Shown: positions 54,046-63,389, numbered from the stretch's first letter. The stretch: DNA of 64,000 nt from an uncultured Planctomycetia bacterium (GCA_964420965.1 CAYQUQ010000001.1:31544-95543), one strand, 5' to 3'. The notes: generated from the letters alone by a model not told the origin. Numbers and translations: made by a program.

Positions 54046-54989
54046 AGGAGAGTATCCATAAGTTGCCTCAGCATTTTTTGCATAAGTTGAAAAAAATATA
54101 CCCTAACCGCCATGTGCAGATAGCCAATACCTTCCTGCACAAAAAAACCCCGGCCTTCAGGATAAATTACCTTAAGACCGACCTGGTTAACTTGCGCCGG
54201 GCCCTTATCCACCAGCGGGTTAAGTCTAAAGAGTTGAGCTATCCGGCAGGTTCATTCCGGCTCAAATCGCCGTTAAGAGTCCTGCAGAACGCCCCGGTCT
54301 ATCAGGAAGGACGTGTTTTCGTCCAGAATATTTCCAGTATGGTCCCGGTAATCAACCTTAAACCCCAGAATGGGGATAAGATTCTGGATTTATGTGCGGC
54401 CCCGGGAGCAAAAACCACCCAGATTGCTTCTCTGGCGCCTCAGGCCGAGGTGGTAGCGGTGGAAAAAATCCGCACCCGCTACTATAAACTTATGGCGAAT
54501 TTAAAACTTCAGGGGGCGGATAAGGTTGAGGTTCTTCTTTTAGACGGAATCTGGGTGCGCAAGAAATTCCCGGAACATTTCGATAAGGTCCTGGCGGATG
54601 TACCCTGTTCGGCCGAGGGCCGGTTTCTGGTTTCGAACCCTAAGACTTTTAAGTACTGGGGAGAGAGAAAGATCAATGAAATGGCCCATAAACAAAGGAA
54701 ACTCCTTCAGGCCGCGTTCTACGCCTTAAAAGAAGAAGGAGTATTAGTCTATTCTACCTGTACCTTCGCGCCGGAAGAGAACGAAGCGGTTGTGGATTGG
54801 TTTTTAAATAAGTTTAGGGAAAAAGTAGAGATTATGCCTTTGGATATAACGCTCGGCAATGCGGCGGAAGGCTTAACCCGCTGGCAGGATAAAAGATTCA
54901 GCCCTTCTTTGCGTTTTACCCGCAGAATCATTCCCACCGATACCTGGGAAGGTTTTTTTGTGGCTAAGTTTAAAAAGGTCGCTTTTTAA
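54042..54989 (+). CDS. RsmB/NOP2/Sun family RNA (cytosine-C5)-methyltransferase
   Basis: SAM motif KILDLCAAPGAKT; catalytic DVPCSAEG and STCTF motifs. Confidence 0.88.
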   Translation: MKESIHKLPQHFLHKLKKIYPNRHVQIANTFLHKKTPAFRINYLKTDLVNLRRALIHQRVKSKELSYPAGSFRLKSPLRVLQNAPVYQEGRVFVQNISSMVPVINLKPQNGDKILDLCAAPGAKTTQIASLAPQAEVVAVEKIRTRYYKLMANLKLQGADKVEVLLLDGIWVRKKFPEHFDKVLADVPCSAEGRFLVSNPKTFKYWGERKINEMAHKQRKLLQAAFYALKEEGVLVYSTCTFAPEENEAVVDWFLNKFREKVEIMPLDITLGNAAEGLTRWQDKRFSPSLRFTRRIIPTDTWEGFFVAKFKKVAF

Positions 54990-55051
54990 GCGAGATTAGG
55001 AATAAAAAAGGCATACTTGTTATTCAGTATGCCTTTTTTTATGGCTAATCC

Positions 55052-55321
55052 TTAATTAAGAATTGATTTCAATTCTTTGGATGCTCTAAAAGCAATCTTT
55101 TTCTTGGCCGGAACGTTGACCGGTTCGCCAGTCTTAGGATTGCGGGCCACTCTTGCTTTTGTCTGTTTTACTTTGAAAGTTCCAAAACCAGAAATAGCTA
55201 CCGGCTCCTTTTTCTTAAGACTACTCTTGATTGAGTCCCAGAGCATCTCCACGATTTCCTGAGCTTGTTTTTTCGTAGCTGTCTTAGCCGCGATTACTTC
55301 AACCAGTTGCGCTTTGTTCAT
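55052..55321 (-). CDS. hup: DNA-binding protein HU
   Basis: MNKAQLVEVIA.KT...K.A...V........SL..GE.V.I.GFGTF.V....AR.ARNP.TGE; 89 aa. Confidence 0.93.
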   Translation of the reverse strand: MNKAQLVEVIAAKTATKKQAQEIVEMLWDSIKSSLKKKEPVAISGFGTFKVKQTKARVARNPKTGEPVNVPAKKKIAFRASKELKSILN

Positions 55322-55454
55322 GTAAACACCCCCTTCGTTTATTTAGCTCCCACACCGCACAGGTGTGAGGCGAAAAACCTTCAATGTTTTCAACCACTTT
55401 TACTATTGTATAGCTGTAGCTTTTCTTGTCAAGAAATTTAAATACAATTTTTTA

Positions 55455-55503
55455 CCCCGTTAGAAAAGGTTTCTTCTTGAAAAATTAGGCTTTTCTAACG
55501 GGG
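55455..55503. repeat. CCCCGTTAGAAAAG...CTTTTCTAACGGGG hairpin repeat (14-bp stems) in the hup/5-FCL divergent region
   Basis: ccccgttagaaaag gtttcttcttgaaaaattaggc ttttctaacgggg. Confidence 0.85.
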
Positions 55504-55809
55504 CTTATTGTAAAATCTACGTTTTTTCCTATAATTGCTCTGGTGATTATCGTCTCCAAAGAAGGCCCGAAGGATTAATCTTGCTATCTCATTGACAATA
55601 AAGAGGTTAAGTAAATAAGTCTTTTCTCCGGGAGGATATGGCTTTGGGGATGAGCCCGCGGGAAAGTGAGGCCTTGATTAAATTGTCCCCGATTCGGCCG
55701 GAAGTTTAGTCTGTGGCAAAAAGCATTTATTTTTCAAGGCTTTTTAGAGCTAAAACCGGCCCGGGACCGGGATGCCGGGGAAAATTTTCATAGCTTTTTT
55801 CATTTAAAG

Positions 55810-55879
55810 TGGTATAATTTTCTCACTTCCCCCAGAACCCCGGATTTAGTCTTGGGGGCGAGCAGAAGTATGGTATAAT
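55810..55879 (+). promoter_or_regulatory. Two identical extended -10 elements TGGTATAAT (55810-55818 and 55871-55879); the second overlaps the first ATG, which would make the mRNA leaderless
   Basis: aaagtggtataattttc and agtatggtataatgagtgtcatggaaatgg. Confidence 0.5.
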
Positions 55880-55886
55880 GAGTGTC

Positions 55887-56468
55887 ATGGAAATGGTTGC
55901 CAGTAGAGAAAAAAAGGAAATACGCACAGAGTTGTTAAAACGCCTTTTATCTTTGACCCAAGAAGAGTTAAAAAGGAGGAGCAGGAATGTTGAGCATAGA
56001 TTATCGGATTTACCTATATACAGTCAAGCAAAAACAGTTATGGCCTACTACCCCTTAAAGGGGGAAGTGGATATTTTGACGCTGATCAGGAAGGATGTCG
56101 AAAGTAAACAATTTTGTTTTCCGGTGATGGATTTAAAGGCAAAAAGCTTGCGGGCTTTTGCGGTTAGAGATTTAGACCGCGATTTTGTTCCCGGCCCCTT
56201 TGGGGTTATGGAACCGGATACCCGCAAGGCCAAAGAAGTAGATCTTCGAGAAATAGATCTGGTGTTAGTTCCCGGCCTGGGTTTTGATCGACAAAGAAAT
56301 CGGCTGGGAAGAGGCGGCGGATTCTACGACCGCTTCCTTAAGGTAATACCATCTTCGGTAAAGAAAGCCGGAGTAGCCTTTGAATTTCAAGTCCGGGAAG
56401 ACCTTCCGATTCATCCTCCCCTAGATCAAAAAGTCGACGTTGTCGTTAGCGAGAATTTCATAATCTAA
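55887..56468 (+). CDS. 5-formyltetrahydrofolate cyclo-ligase
   Basis: YYPLKGEVDI; DLVLVPGLGFDRQRNRLGRGGGFYDRFL; the start may be 55878, 55887 or 55893. Confidence 0.85.
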   Translation: MEMVASREKKEIRTELLKRLLSLTQEELKRRSRNVEHRLSDLPIYSQAKTVMAYYPLKGEVDILTLIRKDVESKQFCFPVMDLKAKSLRAFAVRDLDRDFVPGPFGVMEPDTRKAKEVDLREIDLVLVPGLGFDRQRNRLGRGGGFYDRFLKVIPSSVKKAGVAFEFQVREDLPIHPPLDQKVDVVVSENFII

Positions 56469-56549
56469 AACCACAAACCACCGCAGATTAAGAGCAGACA
56501 GGGGTATATTCTGCCTGTGATTACCTGCGTTTAAATAAAAGGAGGAGAA

Positions 56550-58100
56550 ATGGCTACTCTTTACATAGCAATAGGAGTGCTCGGCGGCGCAGCTTTGGGA
56601 TGGTGGCTCGGTGAAATTTTTAAAAAGAATAAACTGAAAAAATCAAAAGAAGATGCGGAGAAGATAGTAAAAGAGGCCCAGTTTAAGGCCGAGGAAATTA
56701 TCCGCAAGGCGGATTTAGACGGTAAAGAGCTGCTTTATAAGTTAAGGGTGGATTTTGAAAAGCAGAATTCGTCTAAAAGGAATGAGCTGTCGCAATTAGA
56801 AAAGCGGCTCATGCAACGGGAGGAAAATTTAGAGAAGCGGCTTGGTTTTATCGAGAACAAAGAGGGCGAGTTTAATAAGCGTGAGGCAATTTTGAATCGG
56901 AGCCGGGAGGAAGTGGAGGCCAAAAAGCAAACTCTCGAGAGGTTGATTGAAGACGAGAAGGAAAAGCTGAAAAGGATATCTTCCCTGACCCCTCAAGAAG
57001 CAAGGGAGCTTTTGCTTAGAAGGTATGAAGAAGAGCTGCGCGGCGAAAAAGCCAGAATGATCCGGGAAATGGAGGAAGGTGTGCGGGAGGAAGCGGACGA
57101 GAAGGCAAAAGAGATAATCTCCCAGGCTATCCAGCGCTGCGCCGTAGAGCACACTACCGAAACTACGGTAAGCGTGGTGGCCCTGCCCAATGATGAGATA
57201 AAGGGAAGAATTATCGGTAGAGAGGGCCGCAATATCCGGATGTTCGAAATGGCTACGGGCGTGGATTTGATAATCGATGACACTCCGGAGGCAGTAAGCT
57301 TATCGGGATTCGATCCGGTACGCCGAGAGATAGCCCGTATTTCTTTAGGAAAACTGGTTCAAGACGGACGAATTCATCCGGCGCGGATAGAAGAAATCGT
57401 CGATAAAACTAAACAAGAGTTCGATAAGAAATTGATTGAGGAAGGAAAATCAGCCGCCTTTGAGGTGGGCATTCATAATCTCCACCCGGAATTAATTAAG
57501 TTACTGGGCAAATTAAGATATCGCACCAGTTTTGGCCAGAATGCCCTTCAACACTCAAAGGAAGTAGCCATTATTATGGGCATATTAGCTTCCGAACTGG
57601 ATTTGGATGCGCGGATGGCCAAAAGGGCAGGCTTGCTTCACGATATCGGCAAGGCCATCGATCATCAGGTAGAAGGAACACACGCTCAGATCGGGGCGGA
57701 TCTATTGAGAAGATACGGAGAACACGACCTGGTTATAAATGCCGCTGAAGCACACCATGAGGAAGCAGAATTTAGCTCCATTTATTCTCTGCTGGCTTTA
57801 GTTTCCGATGCTATTTCCGCATCCCGACCCGGTGCCCGGCGCGAAACCTTGGAAACATATATAAAACGCCTGCGCCAGATCGAGACCATAGCCAGCTCAT
57901 TTGAGGGGGTCGATAAGAGTTTTGCCATCCAGGCCGGACGCGAAATTAGGGTAATTGTCCAGCCGAACAGAGTGAAGGACAACGAAATCAGCATGCTGGC
58001 TCACGAGATAAAGAAGAAATTGGAACAGGAAATGGACTATCCCGGTAATATTAAGATTACGGTGATCAGAGAAACCCGGGCTGTAGATTACGCTAAATAA
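56550..58100 (+). CDS. rny: Ribonuclease Y
   Basis: N-terminal TM helix, coiled coil, KH domain ([10 protein letters not shown]), HD domain (HSKEVA...LLHDIGKA). Confidence 0.93.
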   Translation: MATLYIAIGVLGGAALGWWLGEIFKKNKLKKSKEDAEKIVKEAQFKAEEIIRKADLDGKELLYKLRVDFEKQNSSKRNELSQLEKRLMQREENLEKRLGFIENKEGEFNKREAILNRSREEVEAKKQTLERLIEDEKEKLKRISSLTPQEARELLLRRYEEELRGEKARMIREMEEGVREEADEKAKEIISQAIQRCAVEHTTETTVSVVALPNDEIKGRIIGREGRNIRMFEMATGVDLIIDDTPEAVSLSGFDPVRREIARISLGKLVQDGRIHPARIEEIVDKTKQEFDKKLIEEGKSAAFEVGIHNLHPELIKLLGKLRYRTSFGQNALQHSKEVAIIMGILASELDLDARMAKRAGLLHDIGKAIDHQVEGTHAQIGADLLRRYGEHDLVINAAEAHHEEAEFSSIYSLLALVSDAISASRPGARRETLETYIKRLRQIETIASSFEGVDKSFAIQAGREIRVIVQPNRVKDNEISMLAHEIKKKLEQEMDYPGNIKITVIRETRAVDYAK

Positions 58101-58141
58101 CTAAAATAGACAATAGGTTGAGAAGGAGTTAGAATAGGACA

Positions 58142-58924
58142 ATGAGGATATTATTTATCGGCGACATTGTGGGGAAACCGGCCCGGTTATATCTTAAGGA
58201 AAAGCTACCTTCTTTAAGAGAAGATTTAAACTTAGGGTTTGTTATCGCCAACGGCGAAAATTGTGCCGGAGGTTCCAGTGTCACCCCGGATACCGCTGAC
58301 GACCTTTTTAACTGCGGTATAGACGTAGTTACCTCCGGCGATCACATTTTTAAAAAGAAAGAATCTAAAGATGTGCTCGGCGTAAGGGACATTATCCGCC
58401 CTTTGAATTACGGAGAGCTAGCCGCCGGGGTCGGGTATCTGATAAAGGAAGTCGAGGGAGTAAGAGTGGGGGTGGTAAATCTTTTAGGCCGGGTTTTTAT
58501 GCAGCCGGTGGATTGCCCCTTTAAAGCCATGAAGGAAGTTTTAGAGGATATCCGTAAAGAAGCGAAGGTAATCGTCGTGGATATGCATGCCGAGGCCACC
58601 AGCGAGAAGCTGGCTTTAGCTTATTTTCTGGCCGGAAAAGTAAGCGCGGTGATCGGTACCCACACCCATATCCCTACGGCCGATGAGCGGATAATCGATA
58701 ACTTTACCGCTTATATTACCGATGCCGGCATGACCGGAAGCTTTGATTCTATTTTAGGAAGGGAGAAACATCAAATTATCGAGCGTTTTATTACTAATAT
58801 GCCGGTCCGGTTTAATTTAGCCCAGAAGGATGTTCGGATTCAGGGGGTAGTCATTGACGTTAATGCCGAAACCGGAGCCGCTGTCTCGATCGAGAGGGTG
58901 GAATACAGAAGAAATAGTGAATAG
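58142..58924 (+). CDS. ymdB: YmdB-family metallophosphoesterase (2',3'-cyclic-nucleotide phosphodiesterase, TIGR00282-like)
   Basis: MRILFIGDIVGKPAR; GENCAGG; conserved rny-ymdB pairing. Confidence 0.88.
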   Translation: MRILFIGDIVGKPARLYLKEKLPSLREDLNLGFVIANGENCAGGSSVTPDTADDLFNCGIDVVTSGDHIFKKKESKDVLGVRDIIRPLNYGELAAGVGYLIKEVEGVRVGVVNLLGRVFMQPVDCPFKAMKEVLEDIRKEAKVIVVDMHAEATSEKLALAYFLAGKVSAVIGTHTHIPTADERIIDNFTAYITDAGMTGSFDSILGREKHQIIERFITNMPVRFNLAQKDVRIQGVVIDVNAETGAAVSIERVEYRRNSE

Positions 58925-58950
58925 AATGTCGCTAGTCAACGGGAGATATT

Positions 58951-59304
58951 ATGGATTGGGGCGGTAGAGAAAAAAGACGTTTTGTAAGAGCTCATTTTCC
59001 CTGCAGGGTAACGGTGCATACCCCCGAAGAGCACGTAATCAATACGCATACCGAAAATATCGGCGCCGGAGGGCTCAAGCTGGTTATTGCCGAAAAACTG
59101 GAAGTCGGAGTGCTGGTCGGCCTGGAGATTTATTTAGATAGTGAAACTATAACCTGTCAGGGGAGAATAGTCTGGGTGGTAGAAGGTAAGCCCATTCCGG
59201 ATAAACCCGTTTTTTATGATTCCGGCATCGAATTTTATCAAATCGACGAGAATGACCAGAAAGTGATTGCTGCTTTCGTCGGATCTATCGTCGAATCTTC
59301 CTAA
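58951..59304 (+). CDS. PilZ-domain protein
   Basis: RRFVRAHF.CRV....P........TENIGAGGLKL. Confidence 0.7.
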   Translation: MDWGGREKRRFVRAHFPCRVTVHTPEEHVINTHTENIGAGGLKLVIAEKLEVGVLVGLEIYLDSETITCQGRIVWVVEGKPIPDKPVFYDSGIEFYQIDENDQKVIAAFVGSIVESS

Positions 59305-59307
59305 AAA

Positions 59308-61182
59308 ATGATTTTAGAAAGAGTTAACTCCCCCCAGGATTTAAAGAACCTTAGTCACGAAGAACTAAAAGCGCTCAGTAGCGAAATAAGAGATTTAATC
59401 ATCGCGGTTATCTCTAAAAAGGGCGGCCATCTGGCTTCTTCCCTGGGTTCGGTGGAGCTCTGTTTAAGCTTACATCACTGCCTTAATACCCCCTGGGATT
59501 CTCTTATTTTCGACGTCGGGCACCAGACTTATGCCCACAAGATTATTACCGGAAGAAGGGAAGCTTTTAATACGGTGCGGGAATATCGAGGAATCAGCGG
59601 ATTTCCCAATTCTAAAGAGTCTGTTTATGATATCTACATTTCCGGCCACGCCTCTACGGCTATCTCCTGGGCCCAGGGTATATCCGAGGCGAAAAAGTTA
59701 AAGAAAGCCGAAACAAAAACAGTGGCGGTAGTCGGAGACGGCTCTTTAACCGGAGGGATGTGCTTTGAGGCTTTGAATTCCTGCGGGCATTCCCAAAATG
59801 ATATTTTAATCGTAGTCAACCATAACGAGATGAGTATTTCGCCCTCGGTAGGGGCTTTAAGTAGTTATCTGACCAAAATAATCTCCGCGCCGATATACAA
59901 CAGAATAAGAAACGAGCTGGAAAGCTTTCTTAAACATTTTTCTTTGATGAAACGGCTGGTTCAGAGAGCCAGAAAGTTCGAAGAAACCATAAAGGGCCTG
60001 GTCGTGCCGGGAATATTCTTTGAAGAGTTGGGTTTTCGTTATTTCGGGCCGATTGACGGGCATGATTTTTCTACCCTGATTCCGACTTTAAAAAACGTTA
60101 TTTCTTTAAAGGGCCCGCGAGTTTTGCACGTCATTACCAAGAAGGGCAAGGGTTATAAGTTTTCCGAGGAGAATCCCGAAGATTTCCACAGTGCTTCCTT
60201 GTTTGATGTCGCCAACGGCGGCTCCTTAAAGGAAAGCCGGGAGAGCTTCAGCGAAGTTTTTGCCCGCAAGCTCATTTCTCTGGCTGAGGATGACCAAAGA
60301 ATTGCGGCCATAACCGCCGCTATGCCCAAGGGTACCGGACTTTATTTATTCGCCCGGAAATTTCCGGATAAGTTTTTTGATGTAGGTATTGCCGAGGCCC
60401 ATGCCGTCGGTTTTGCCAGCGGACTGTCCCGAGGGGGCTTTAAGCCGGTGGTGGCTATATATTCTACATTTTTGCAGCGCTCATTCGACCAGATAATTCA
60501 CGATGTTGCCCTGCAGAATCTGGGAGTTGTGTTCGCCGTTGACCGGGCCGGAGTAGTGGGCGAAGACGGCCCGACTCACCAGGGAGTTTTTGATATCGGC
60601 TACTTGCGGATGATTCCGAACATGGTCTGTATGGCCCCTAAAGATAAAGAGGAGCTTCAGGATATGCTGGAGTTTGCCTGCCGGCTGGATTTACCGGCCA
60701 GTATCCGCTACCCTAGAGGCCAGGCCTATTCTCTGGGCCAGAAGCAGCCTATTGAGCTGGGAAAGGCCCAGGTTATTAAGGAAGGCGATTGTCTCTGCCT
60801 GATTGCCCTGGGTTCAATGGTAAAGACAGGTTTAGAATGCATTTCTTTGCTGGGTCAAGAGGGAATAGACGCCGCATTGATAAACGCCCGTTTCATCAAA
60901 CCTCTGGATGAAGAGCTATTCAGGGGCTTAGCTGAAAAGTTTAAGTTTATCGTCACCCTTGAGGAAGGAAGTTTAGCCGCCGGATTCGGAGGAGCGGTTC
61001 TAGAGTTTTATGAAAGAGAGGGGCTGCTGGAAAAAACAAATTTAGTGCGCGCCGGCCTTCCCGATGAATTTATCCCGGCAGCGACCCGAGAAAAATTACT
61101 GAGCATTTACGGTTTAGATCCTTCCGCTCTCGCCGAGAGGATAAAAAGGTTATTGTCGAATAGAATTGCATGGCAGAAGTAA
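59308..61182 (+). CDS. dxs: 1-deoxy-D-xylulose-5-phosphate synthase
   Basis: 624 aa; TPP motif GDGSLTGGMCFEALN; transketolase-like domains; DVGIAEAHAV. Confidence 0.95.
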   Translation: MILERVNSPQDLKNLSHEELKALSSEIRDLIIAVISKKGGHLASSLGSVELCLSLHHCLNTPWDSLIFDVGHQTYAHKIITGRREAFNTVREYRGISGFPNSKESVYDIYISGHASTAISWAQGISEAKKLKKAETKTVAVVGDGSLTGGMCFEALNSCGHSQNDILIVVNHNEMSISPSVGALSSYLTKIISAPIYNRIRNELESFLKHFSLMKRLVQRARKFEETIKGLVVPGIFFEELGFRYFGPIDGHDFSTLIPTLKNVISLKGPRVLHVITKKGKGYKFSEENPEDFHSASLFDVANGGSLKESRESFSEVFARKLISLAEDDQRIAAITAAMPKGTGLYLFARKFPDKFFDVGIAEAHAVGFASGLSRGGFKPVVAIYSTFLQRSFDQIIHDVALQNLGVVFAVDRAGVVGEDGPTHQGVFDIGYLRMIPNMVCMAPKDKEELQDMLEFACRLDLPASIRYPRGQAYSLGQKQPIELGKAQVIKEGDCLCLIALGSMVKTGLECISLLGQEGIDAALINARFIKPLDEELFRGLAEKFKFIVTLEEGSLAAGFGGAVLEFYEREGLLEKTNLVRAGLPDEFIPAATREKLLSIYGLDPSALAERIKRLLSNRIAWQK

Positions 61183-61409
61183 GGATAAAAAATAAATTAG
61201 GCTGCGCAGTAGCAATCGATAAAGATAGATGCAAGGGGTGCCAGCTTTGCATTTTTTACTGTCCCACCAAACATTTAAAACTTTCCTCAAAGTTAAACAA
61301 AAGGGGAGTTAAGTTTGCTCAGATTAAAAGCGAAGATTCCTGCACCGGCTGTGGATTTTGTTTCCTCATCTGCCCCGAAAGCTGCATAGAAGTTTATGAA
61401 AATAAATAG
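61170..61409 (+). CDS. 2x[4Fe-4S] ferredoxin, delta subunit of a 2-oxoacid:ferredoxin oxidoreductase
   Basis: CKGCQLCIFYCP and CTGCGFCFLICP. Confidence 0.88.
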   Translation: MAEVRIKNKLGCAVAIDKDRCKGCQLCIFYCPTKHLKLSSKLNKRGVKFAQIKSEDSCTGCGFCFLICPESCIEVYENK

Positions 61410-61410
61410 A

Positions 61411-61496
61411 AGCGGAACAAAGCGGAACAAAACGCGGATAAACGCCCAGAACGCTTCGGGCGTTAATCCGCGTAAATATCCGCATATATCCGCTTC
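61411..61496. repeat. GCGGAT/ATCCGC iteron-containing palindromic intercistronic element, copy R3 (between the ferredoxin and korA genes)
   Basis: agcggaacaaagcggaacaaaacgcggataaacgcccagaacgcttcgggcgttaatccgcgtaaatatccgcatatatccgc. Confidence 0.75.
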
Positions 61497-61512
61497 TACT
61501 AATAAAGTATTG

Positions 61513-62625
61513 ATGGTGGGTAATGAAGCCATAGCCGAGGCGGCGATCAGGGCGGGCTGCCAGTTTTATGCCGGTTATCCGATAACCCCCCAGAACGAAT
61601 TAATAGCTTATATGGCCCGGAGGATGAGAGAGGAGAAACGGGTATTCATCCAGGCAGAGAGCGAAATAGCCGCGATCAATATGGTTCTTGGGGCGGCCGC
61701 TACCGGAGCAAGGGCCATGACTACTTCTTCTTCCCCGGGAATTTCTTTAAAGCAAGAAGGTATTTCCTATCTAGCCGGGGCCCAGCTTCCGGCCGTAATA
61801 GTCAACGTGATGCGGGGCGGCCCGGGCCTGGGCAATATCGCTTCCAGCCAATCCGATTACTTTCAAGCTACCCGCGGCGGCGGCCACGGAGATTACTTCA
61901 CTTTAACCCTTTCTCCCTGGAGCGTAGAGGAGGCCGTTCGGCTTACCTCTCTGGCTTTTGATTTAGCTGATCGCTATAGAAACCCGGTGTTGGTTCTGGC
62001 TGATGCCATAATCGGGCAGATGATGGAACCGGTTTCCTTCCGCCTATGCAGGGAACGGTCGCGACCGTTCCCTGCAAAAACAAAGAAACCCTGGGCCTTG
62101 ACCGGAGCAGAAAAAAGGCCGCCCAATGTCGTAAAGTCTTTTTTCTTAAGAGAAGGCGGCCTCGAAGTTCACAATGCGCGCTTGAAAAACAAGTGGGCCC
62201 GGATTAAGGTCCGGGAGCAGAGATTTTCGGTTTACCCCGTTAGAAAAGAATTTTCTAACGGGGCACGTAAAGCCAGCAAAGTCCGATTCCTAGCGGTTGC
62301 CTACGGTTCCCAGGCCCGAATAGTCAAAGAAGCAGTAGACAGTTTAAGAAATGAGGGGGTAAATATCGGGTTGTTTAGACCCGTAACTCTCTGGCCTTAT
62401 CCCAAGAAAGGCTTAGTCAGAGCGGCGAAAGAAGTAGAGAAGATTCTTGTCATCGAGCAATCATTGGGGCAGATGCTGGAAGATGTACAGCTGACTTTGC
62501 CGGGGAAAGAAATCCTTTTTTTAGGCAAAGCCGGCGGAGGGGTCCCCTCCGTTACCGAAATTGTCAAATTTGTAAAAAAGAATGTAGGGGCCGCAGATCT
62601 GCGGCCCGTACAAAATAAATTATGA
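61513..62625 (+). CDS. 2-oxoacid:ferredoxin oxidoreductase alpha subunit (KorA/PorA family) carrying two in-frame palindromic repeat elements
   Basis: MVGNEAIAEAAIRAGCQFYAGYPITPQNEL; start moved to 61513 because 61411-61496 is a repeat element; in-frame elements at 62047-62076 and 62235-62263. Confidence 0.85.
   Translation: MVGNEAIAEAAIRAGCQFYAGYPITPQNELIAYMARRMREEKRVFIQAESEIAAINMVLGAAATGARAMTTSSSPGISLKQEGISYLAGAQLPAVIVNVMRGGPGLGNIASSQSDYFQATRGGGHGDYFTLTLSPWSVEEAVRLTSLAFDLADRYRNPVLVLADAIIGQMMEPVSFRLCRERSRPFPAKTKKPWALTGAEKRPPNVVKSFFLREGGLEVHNARLKNKWARIKVREQRFSVYPVRKEFSNGARKASKVRFLAVAYGSQARIVKEAVDSLRNEGVNIGLFRPVTLWPYPKKGLVRAAKEVEKILVIEQSLGQMLEDVQLTLPGKEILFLGKAGGGVPSVTEIVKFVKKNVGAADLRPVQNKL
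62047..62076. repeat. Perfect 30-bp palindrome tgcagggaacggtcgcgaccgttccctgca inside korA (encodes RERSRPFPA)
   Basis: Direct reading; near-copy agcagggagcggtctcgaccgttccctgct at 26132-26161 in the giant ORF also encodes ERSRPFPA. Confidence 0.9.
62235..62263. repeat. CCCCGTTAGA...TCTAACGGGG hairpin repeat, copy inside the korA coding sequence (in frame, encodes YPVRKEFSNGA)
   Basis: ccccgttagaaaagaattttctaacgggg. Confidence 0.85.
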
Positions 62626-63356
62626 AAAAGAAGTTCAGCCGTCCCCAATCCTTAAAAGACGTAAGCACCCACTATTGTGCCGGCTGCGGCCACGGTATTC
62701 TGCACCGCTTGGTGGCCCGGGCCGTTGATGAGTTAGGGGTGCGCGAAAAAACAATCGGAGTCGCTCCTGTGGGCTGCGCGGTTGTGGCCTATGATTACTG
62801 GAATTTTGATCTGGCCGAGGCTGCTCACGGAAGAGCTTTAGCCGTAGCCACGGGGATAAAGCGCTGCCGGCCGCAAAATATGGTATTCACTTATCAAGGT
62901 GACGGCGATTTAGCCTCTATCGGAACGGCCGAAACCCTGCATGCGGCTAATCGCGGCGAGAATTTAACCTGCATTTTTGTCAATAACGCCTGTTATGGTA
63001 TGACCGGCGGGCAAATGGCTCCTACTACGCTTATCGGACAGAAAACTACCACTACCCCCTGGGGTAGAGACCCTTCTGCCGGCGATGGCTGGCCGTTGAA
63101 ACTAAGCGAGATCTTGTCGGTCCTTCAAGGGGTTAACTTTATTGTCCGGACGGCAATAAGTAATCCTGCCGGGGTTAAAAAAACTTACCAGTATATCCAG
63201 AAGGCATTCCGTAACCAGATCGAGAAAAAAGGATTTTCTCTGGTCGAGGTTTTAAGCCCCTGTCCGACCATCTGGCGGATGAATCCGGTTGAATCAGTTC
63301 AATGGATAGAAAAAGAAATGACCAAAGAGTTCCCCTTAGGTGTCATTAAGGAATAA
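62622..63356 (+). CDS. 2-oxoacid:ferredoxin oxidoreductase beta subunit (TPP-binding)
   Basis: YCAGCGHGILHR; GDGD TPP motif; 244 aa. Confidence 0.9.
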   Translation: MKKKFSRPQSLKDVSTHYCAGCGHGILHRLVARAVDELGVREKTIGVAPVGCAVVAYDYWNFDLAEAAHGRALAVATGIKRCRPQNMVFTYQGDGDLASIGTAETLHAANRGENLTCIFVNNACYGMTGGQMAPTTLIGQKTTTTPWGRDPSAGDGWPLKLSEILSVLQGVNFIVRTAISNPAGVKKTYQYIQKAFRNQIEKKGFSLVEVLSPCPTIWRMNPVESVQWIEKEMTKEFPLGVIKE

Positions 63357-63360
63357 TGTA

Positions 63361-63383
63361 GGGGCCGATCCCTGTATCGGCCC
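63361..63383 (+). terminator. Intercistronic stem-loop ggggccgatccctgtatcggccc between korB and korC
   Basis: Inverted repeat gggccgat / atcggccc read directly; same TAAT-GTAGGGGCCG context as 33621-33640. Confidence 0.45.
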
Positions 63384-63389
63384 AAGAAG

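Noticed and set aside
61396-61512. The ORF-track start at 61396 for korA
   Set aside because: The first 39 codons translate through the GCGGAT palindromic repeat element. A KorA-type N-terminus (MVGNEAIAE...) begins at the in-frame ATG at 61513.
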